A DNA stretch of 64,000 nucleotides from Minisyncoccota bacterium (GTDB lineage: Bacteria; Patescibacteriota; Minisyncoccia; Phycocordibacterales; UBA9973): NCBI GenBank assembly GCA_041662205.1, contig JBAZSZ010000001.1:226494-290493 (forward strand), read 5' to 3'. The notes beneath the pieces were generated by a model. It worked only from the letters and a program-made list of their open reading frames with translations. It was not told the DNA's origin and did not search any database. Shown here one piece after another: positions 59,068 to 64,000 of this stretch; position 1 is the stretch's first letter; each line of letters starts with the position of its first letter. The position numbers and the translations under genes were made by a program.

Positions 59068-59901
59068 TTAAATCATTAAAAATATTAAACCAACAACAAT
59101 AAAAATAAATGAAATAATTTTAATTAATACATGTTTTTCATGAAAATATTTATTCCCTGAAATGATTGACCATAAAATAGAAAAGGCTCTTTTGCCACTT
59201 GTGATTATTGAAGCAGGAGCATAGACATACGCAACACCTACGATAGCACCACCGATACCATTTGAGAAAGATTGAATGAAAAAATTTTTCTTAAAAATAA
59301 ATCCAAAAGGATTTTCTTTAAATTTCCAAACAGACATTATAAATAAAAAAGATAATAAAAAAATATGAGTAATGATCTGCTGAGCTTCAACAGAATTATA
59401 ATAAGTAATGCAATATTTATAAATAGAAATAGTCGCTACTGCATTGATTGTGGAAAATACAACGTAACCAATCCCTTTTTTATTAATACCATGATTAATG
59501 AGTAAAATAATAAGACCTAAAACTATTATAAAAATCCCAAATAAACTTAAAATATTTATACTATACCCTAGGATTATATCCACCACGAGTAAAAGAGGTA
59601 TCGTGCCAATCATTAAAAACCCAAAGGTACTGCGGTCAGCCTCAACTATCGCATGAAGAGTAGAATAAATTTGAGCCATTTCCAAAATTATTAATAAAGA
59701 AAAAATTGGTATTGATGCAGGATTAAATATAAAATTATTTTTCAAAAGAGCAAAAACAATAAATATTATTAAACTCCAAAAAATATTCAAAAAACCAAAA
59801 GTATAAATATTTTCTTTTTTATTTAAAACTTCCCACTTTCCAAAAGATGAAGATATTTCACTAAAAAAAGTTCCTATCGCGGTTAAGATTAAGCCAATCA
59901 T
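59068..59901 (-). CDS. multi-TM membrane protein (DMT/EamA-like), hypothetical
   Basis: ~10 TM helices. Start placed at the internal Met to avoid a 50-nt overlap with pepA. Confidence 0.4.
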   Translation of the reverse strand: MIGLILTAIGTFFSEISSSFGKWEVLNKKENIYTFGFLNIFWSLIIFIVFALLKNNFIFNPASIPIFSLLIILEMAQIYSTLHAIVEADRSTFGFLMIGTIPLLLVVDIILGYSINILSLFGIFIIVLGLIILLINHGINKKGIGYVVFSTINAVATISIYKYCITYYNSVEAQQIITHIFLLSFLFIMSVWKFKENPFGFIFKKNFFIQSFSNGIGGAIVGVAYVYAPASIITSGKRAFSILWSIISGNKYFHEKHVLIKIISFIFIVVGLIFLMI

Positions 59902-59902
59902 G

Positions 59903-61315
59903 TTAGGAATTATATTCCTCAATAAATTTATACAAAAGCCGTACTGGAGTACCAAGAGCGCCGATAGCTAGATTTTCCCCTGACATAGGTGTCATCCTAG
60001 AAGCAATGTCTACATGTGCCCATTTGGGAGTTTTTTTATTTTCATCTTTATTTTTTATAAATTGATATAAGAAGATTGCGCCATAGATAGCTCCACCATA
60101 ACGAGAATCTTTATTATGAACATTTGTAAAGTCACCTATGGATCCTTTTATTTCATTTTCATATTCTTCCCACATGGGTAAACGCCAAACATAGTCTCCA
60201 GTTTTTTCTCCTGTTTCTTCAAGTTTTTTTGCCAATTCATCATCATTACTAAAAATTGCCGAAGCTCTCTCTCCGAGGGCTACCGCTGCAGCACCAGTCA
60301 AAGTTGCAACATCTATCACCACATCTGCATTATATTTTCCTGCATAAGTTAACGCATCTGCGAGAATCACCCTTCCCTCTGCGTCAGTATTCAAAACTTC
60401 AATTGTTTGCCCCGACATTGAACGAATCACATCTCCAGGACGATAACTTTTTCCCGAAGTCATATTTTCTACAGCAGGAATAAGTGCAATTACATTCTTT
60501 TTTAATTTCATTTTCGCAGCTAAAGCAATAGTATGTATTACTGCCGCGCCACCAGACATGTCCATATTCATTCCAAGAAGCGAAGACGATGGTTTCAAAT
60601 TTATACCACCCGCATCAAAAGTCACCCCTTTGCCTACGAGAACAATTGGCTTTTCATTTTTACTACTACCCCAGTATTCCATAATAATAAATTTTGATTC
60701 TTCATCTGAACCTCGCCCCACTGAAAGAATAGCTTGCATTTTTTGTTTCTCCATTTCTTTCTCACCCAGCACTGTGACTTTTACCGGTAAATTTTTTACT
60801 GTATACTTTGCTTTTTTTGCTAAAATTTGTGGAGTCATGTCTCCTCCGGGAATATTTGATAGTGTTCGAGTTTTGTTTACCTCTTCTGCTATTGTGTGAC
60901 CTTTCAAAATAGCTTTTTCTATTTCAGTATTTGTTCCAGAAATTATTATTTCTTTGATTAAGTTAAATCCTTCTTTGGGTGGAGTTTTATATTCATTAAA
61001 TTCATAATTAGCAAAATCCAGTTGAGAACCTATTACTTCTGCCAATTCTGCTTCAGAAAGTTTTATATTTTTAAATACAAAATCATTAAAATCAAAAGCT
61101 AACTTTTCTGCTTTTATGTTTTTTGCATTTACAATCATCTTACGCACAAGCAAAAAAAGCTTTCGCAAGTTCATTTTTTCTGCTTCATCGCATTTTAAAT
61201 AGAGTGACTTTATTCCACTCTCCTTCATAATTTCGTCTTTATTTTTTGAGCCAACAGAGACAAAAAGTGCCTCCTCTTTTACATCTTTTGCATTATCCTT
61301 AAAAGTTATTTTCAT
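59903..61315 (-). CDS. pepA: leucyl aminopeptidase (M17)
   Basis: NTDAEGRVILADAL signature; M17 catalytic domain. Confidence 0.85.
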   Translation of the reverse strand: MKITFKDNAKDVKEEALFVSVGSKNKDEIMKESGIKSLYLKCDEAEKMNLRKLFLLVRKMIVNAKNIKAEKLAFDFNDFVFKNIKLSEAELAEVIGSQLDFANYEFNEYKTPPKEGFNLIKEIIISGTNTEIEKAILKGHTIAEEVNKTRTLSNIPGGDMTPQILAKKAKYTVKNLPVKVTVLGEKEMEKQKMQAILSVGRGSDEESKFIIMEYWGSSKNEKPIVLVGKGVTFDAGGINLKPSSSLLGMNMDMSGGAAVIHTIALAAKMKLKKNVIALIPAVENMTSGKSYRPGDVIRSMSGQTIEVLNTDAEGRVILADALTYAGKYNADVVIDVATLTGAAAVALGERASAIFSNDDELAKKLEETGEKTGDYVWRLPMWEEYENEIKGSIGDFTNVHNKDSRYGGAIYGAIFLYQFIKNKDENKKTPKWAHVDIASRMTPMSGENLAIGALGTPVRLLYKFIEEYNS

Positions 61316-61404
61316 GCTTAGATTATATACCTTTTTAGAAAAAATTCAAAAAATAGCATTTTATTAAAAATATCAATAAAAAAGTTTTCCACACCTCTAT
61401 TAAC

Positions 61405-61443
61405 TACTTTACTTGACTAAAGTACTTTAGTTTGATAAAGTAG
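61405..61443. promoter_or_regulatory. nested palindromes (TACTTTA-N6-TAAAGTA plus perfect 14-bp CTAAAGTACTTTAG) overlapping a TTGACT -35-like hexamer upstream of the TrpR-like gene
   Basis: Read directly; ATG of the downstream gene at 61448. Confidence 0.55.
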
Positions 61444-61447
61444 CTGT

Positions 61448-61843
61448 ATGAGTAAAGGAATGAATAAAAATACATCAATCGAAACAGTTAAGCTAATTCA
61501 GGGAATTGGTTCAGGAATGAACTGGAACGATAAGAAAAATAAACAATTTATTGAAGCTATTTTGGTCTTAAAGAATGAAAATGAAGCTAAACTCTTTTTA
61601 CGTGATTTAATGACTGAGAGCGAAATAAAAGAATTTGCTAATCGTCTAGAAGCTGCTCGCCTGCTCTCAAGAGATGTGCAATATAATGCCATTATCGAAA
61701 GCACCGGTCTTTCTTCTGCAACCATCGCACGAATAGCAAAATGGCTGAAAGGGTCGCTTGGTGGATATCGTTTAATTCTATTTCGCCTATCAAACAACCA
61801 TCACAACTCTTCCAAACTTGGGAAAGGGTTACTTTTGAGCTGA
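61448..61843 (+). CDS. YerC/YecD (TrpR-like) family DNA-binding protein
   Basis: LFLRDLMTESEIKEFANRLEAARLL...ATIARIAKWLK is typical of TrpR-like YerC proteins. Confidence 0.6.
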   Translation: MSKGMNKNTSIETVKLIQGIGSGMNWNDKKNKQFIEAILVLKNENEAKLFLRDLMTESEIKEFANRLEAARLLSRDVQYNAIIESTGLSSATIARIAKWLKGSLGGYRLILFRLSNNHHNSSKLGKGLLLS

Positions 61844-61974
61844 TAATTATATTTTAAATTTTTTTTTGAAATTAACCCCTTCCTAAGTTTACTAGGAAGG
61901 GGTTTTGCGTTGTCCACTGAAACGCTATGGTTTCCCTCCATCAGGGATAAATTTGTTCTTTGAAAGGAGAAAAA

Positions 61975-62154
61975 ATGAAGAAATTAAATCCTCACACATG
62001 TATTTTGTCCCAGAGAGAAATTGAGAAATTGCTCGAACCTATTGAGGATCATGGTCATTGTTATAGTGCAATAGCTCAATCAATGATCAGAGCTGAAAAG
62101 GAGAGAAGAAAATTTAGCTGTAAGCAGTGTATAAAAGGAGAAAATTATGGATGA
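61975..62154 (+). CDS. small Cys/His-containing protein
   Basis: SD AAAGGAG 5 nt upstream of ATG 61975; 59 aa with C..H.C...C.QC. Confidence 0.35.
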   Translation: MKKLNPHTCILSQREIEKLLEPIEDHGHCYSAIAQSMIRAEKERRKFSCKQCIKGENYG

Positions 62155-62305
62155 TCGTATTTGGTGTCCCAATTGCAACAAGTGGAATTTTGTAAAAATT
62201 TTAAAAATCATAACCACGAAAGAAAATGACGGGACTTGGATTTTCAAAACAAAATGCAAATGCACTGCTTGTAAACACAAATGGACTGACATTGAAAAAT
62301 TTTAA
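62147..62305 (+). CDS. small zinc-ribbon protein (CPNC...CTAC)
   Basis: SD AAGGAG upstream of ATG 62147; 52 aa; two CxxC pairs; terminator follows. Confidence 0.35.
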   Translation: MDDRIWCPNCNKWNFVKILKIITTKENDGTWIFKTKCKCTACKHKWTDIEKF

Positions 62306-62330
62306 CATCGCGTTCATTAACGCAACAAAT

Positions 62331-62366
62331 GGGCTACTCGTAAACGAGTAGCCCATTACTATTTTT
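62331..62366 (+). terminator. rho-independent terminator (gggctactcg-taaa-cgagtagccc plus T-run)
   Basis: Perfect 10-bp stem with tetraloop followed by attactattttta. Confidence 0.75.
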
Positions 62367-62388
62367 ATCCAATTATTTATTTCTATCT

Positions 62389-62407
62389 ACTTTACTAAAC
62401 TAAAGTA
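62389..62407. promoter_or_regulatory. palindromic motif TACTTTA-N5/6-TAAAGTA
   Basis: Third copy of the recurring palindrome. Confidence 0.45.
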
Positions 62408-62425
62408 ACCAGTATTTACAAAAAA

Positions 62426-63349
62426 TTAAATTATGTTTTCCTGACTCTCACGCAACCTGGCAATTTGATAAATACTAAAGACGAGAATGATAGCGGCGAG
62501 CCATTGGGTAAATGAAAGCACCGTGTGATTGACGATAAAATCCAATAAAATAGCTACAAACGGAAAAGTTAATTCTAGGATCGTCGAAATGTGAACTGGG
62601 GTTTTTGCTAATCCTTTGTAGTAAATAAGCAAAGCAACCATGCCGGTAGAAACAGCGATCAGCGCCAGCAGACCAAATTGGGAAACATTTGGCAAAGCAA
62701 AACTTCCTTCATTAGTCCTTCCATACAAAAGCACTAATGGTAAAGCAACAACTATGGTAAAAAGAAATCGATAAAACGTACTGACTTCAGCGCGAACTTT
62801 TCCTAAAAGCATTTTAGAAAATGTCGTAGACGAACCCCAAGCAAAAGCAGCACCGAGTGCATAAAGTGCTGCTATTATTGTCCCCTCTCCAGTTTGAAAA
62901 TTCACAACGCCATTTGAAAAAGTAACAAAGTATGCAGAAACTAATGCAAGTAATGCCCATTTGATATACCTGTTATCAAATTTCTCTTTTAGAAAAATGG
63001 TAGCGGTAGTAATAGCAAATAATGGCTGAAGTTTTTGCAAAAGAAATACCACTGAGATGGTAATAAAGTGAACTTTCCCTAAAGCCGTCGTAAACCAAAG
63101 CGTACCTAAAAGTCCGCTCAAAATTGCTATCAAAATAACCAGCCACCATTCACGTTTACTAAGCCTAGTTTCTAAAACGTATTTAAGGACAAAGGGAGAT
63201 AAAATAATTAAACCAATCAAATGCTCAAAGAATATTATAGTGATCGGTGGTAGCAAATATAAATGCTGGCGAATGAGTCCGTCAAAAGCCCAAAGCAAAG
63301 CCGCAATGATAATAAAAACTGGACCTGTGTATCGAAAGTTTTTTAGCAT
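62426..63349 (-). CDS. EamA/DMT-family transporter
   Basis: 10 TM helices with duplicated EamA-like halves. Confidence 0.6.
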   Translation of the reverse strand: MLKNFRYTGPVFIIIAALLWAFDGLIRQHLYLLPPITIIFFEHLIGLIILSPFVLKYVLETRLSKREWWLVILIAILSGLLGTLWFTTALGKVHFITISVVFLLQKLQPLFAITTATIFLKEKFDNRYIKWALLALVSAYFVTFSNGVVNFQTGEGTIIAALYALGAAFAWGSSTTFSKMLLGKVRAEVSTFYRFLFTIVVALPLVLLYGRTNEGSFALPNVSQFGLLALIAVSTGMVALLIYYKGLAKTPVHISTILELTFPFVAILLDFIVNHTVLSFTQWLAAIILVFSIYQIARLRESQENII

Positions 63350-63672
63350 AAATTTATATCTTTTTTTATTTGATTAATTAATTCTTCTTCAGTATTAAAA
63401 TTTTTATATTCTCTCAAAAATTTATTTAATGTAAGTTTTACCTCTTTCCCATAAGCATCCCCATGATACCCTATCAAATGCGCATCTATCTTATTATTAG
63501 AGTCTATTGCGATACCAGCTCGATAAACAACATTATCTAAAAATACTTCACCGGCATACACCCCCGCAGGTGGTAATTCTTTTGCCTGCGTTTCCAAGTT
63601 TACCGTTGGGAAACCAATCTTTCTACCATATTGATCCCCTTTTATAACTTTGCCGAAAATTTCGTATTGCAT
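63343..63672 (-). CDS. riboflavin kinase domain protein (monofunctional RFK-like)
   Basis: GDQYGRKIGFPTVNL matches the RFK flavokinase motif. Confidence 0.6.
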   Translation of the reverse strand: MQYEIFGKVIKGDQYGRKIGFPTVNLETQAKELPPAGVYAGEVFLDNVVYRAGIAIDSNNKIDAHLIGYHGDAYGKEVKLTLNKFLREYKNFNTEEELINQIKKDINLC

Positions 63673-63681
63673 TTTTAAATT

Positions 63682-64000
63682 TTAAAACCCTTCTTCACTC
63701 AACCTCTCATCAATACGATTCATATCTCTCGGAAACATACAAGCCTCACGAATATTTTTAAGTCCCAAAAGTTGCATCGTTATACGCTCGGCACCAAAAG
63801 AAAATCCTCCTTCTGGTGGAACTCCATATTTAAAGGCTTCCAAAAACATTTTAATTTTATTTGGATCCATTTCCCAAAGCTTTACATGTTCATTCAGCTG
63901 TTCGTAATTATTTATTCTACGTCCGCCAGAGAGCCATTCAACTCCACGACAGATAAGGTCCATCCCTTCATTGTATTCAGGCTCTTCTGGATTGGGATAA
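63682..64000 (-). CDS. class IIb aminoacyl-tRNA synthetase (Asp/Asn-type) C-terminal part, continues beyond window
   Basis: Motif 3 region GVPPEGGFSFGAERITMQLLG...FPRD; ORF open to the window edge. Confidence 0.55.
   Translation of the reverse strand, partial: YPNPEEPEYNEGMDLICRGVEWLSGGRRINNYEQLNEHVKLWEMDPNKIKMFLEAFKYGVPPEGGFSFGAERITMQLLGLKNIREACMFPRDMNRIDERLSEEGF

Noticed and set aside
1-64000. CRISPR arrays, rRNA genes, IS transposases
   Set aside because: No regularly spaced direct repeats with unique spacers, no rRNA-like conserved stretches and no DDE/IS transposase ORFs were seen. The only recombinase is the serine recombinase at 2955..4355.

Overview
The window is low-GC bacterial DNA with tightly packed, often overlapping genes and small proteins. 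The standard genetic code appears to apply (TGA acts as a stop in ATGA overlaps). The style resembles a small-genome CPR/Patescibacteria-like organism, but this is an inference.

Layout:
(1) 1-~9000 is an accessory/mobile-looking block: a translationally coupled REC-like / HNH nuclease / gamma-class N6-adenine methyltransferase cassette convergent with a large serine recombinase; a hairpin-rich junction; a phage TerS-like gene; 17-bp direct repeats; a GC-rich noncoding block; a small gene bracketed by 15-bp inverted repeats; and a GC-rich self-contained gene with a consensus promoter and terminator.
(2) 9000-20300 holds housekeeping and repair genes: GIY-YIG, RidA, alpha/beta hydrolase, Ogt, PQQ-type dehydrogenase, cysE, a sugar kinase and a TrmB regulator.
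(3) 20398-39947 is a near-complete collinear de novo purine/GMP/AMP cluster (purL-[Cys-rich]-purQ-purF-purN-purD, purA, guaB, guaA, purH, [two small paralogs], purE-purM-purC-purB).
(4) 40264-64000 carries cell-wall, ribosomal, gltX, murG-ftsW-mraY, scpAB and pepA genes, plus two more tandem Cys-rich paralogs and a recurrent TACTTTA-N6-TAAAGTA palindrome.

The most interesting signals are the REC/HNH/MTase + serine recombinase island and the three-member Cys-rich paralog family, one copy of which sits inside the pur operon where purS normally lies. No CRISPR arrays, rRNA or confident tRNA genes were seen.
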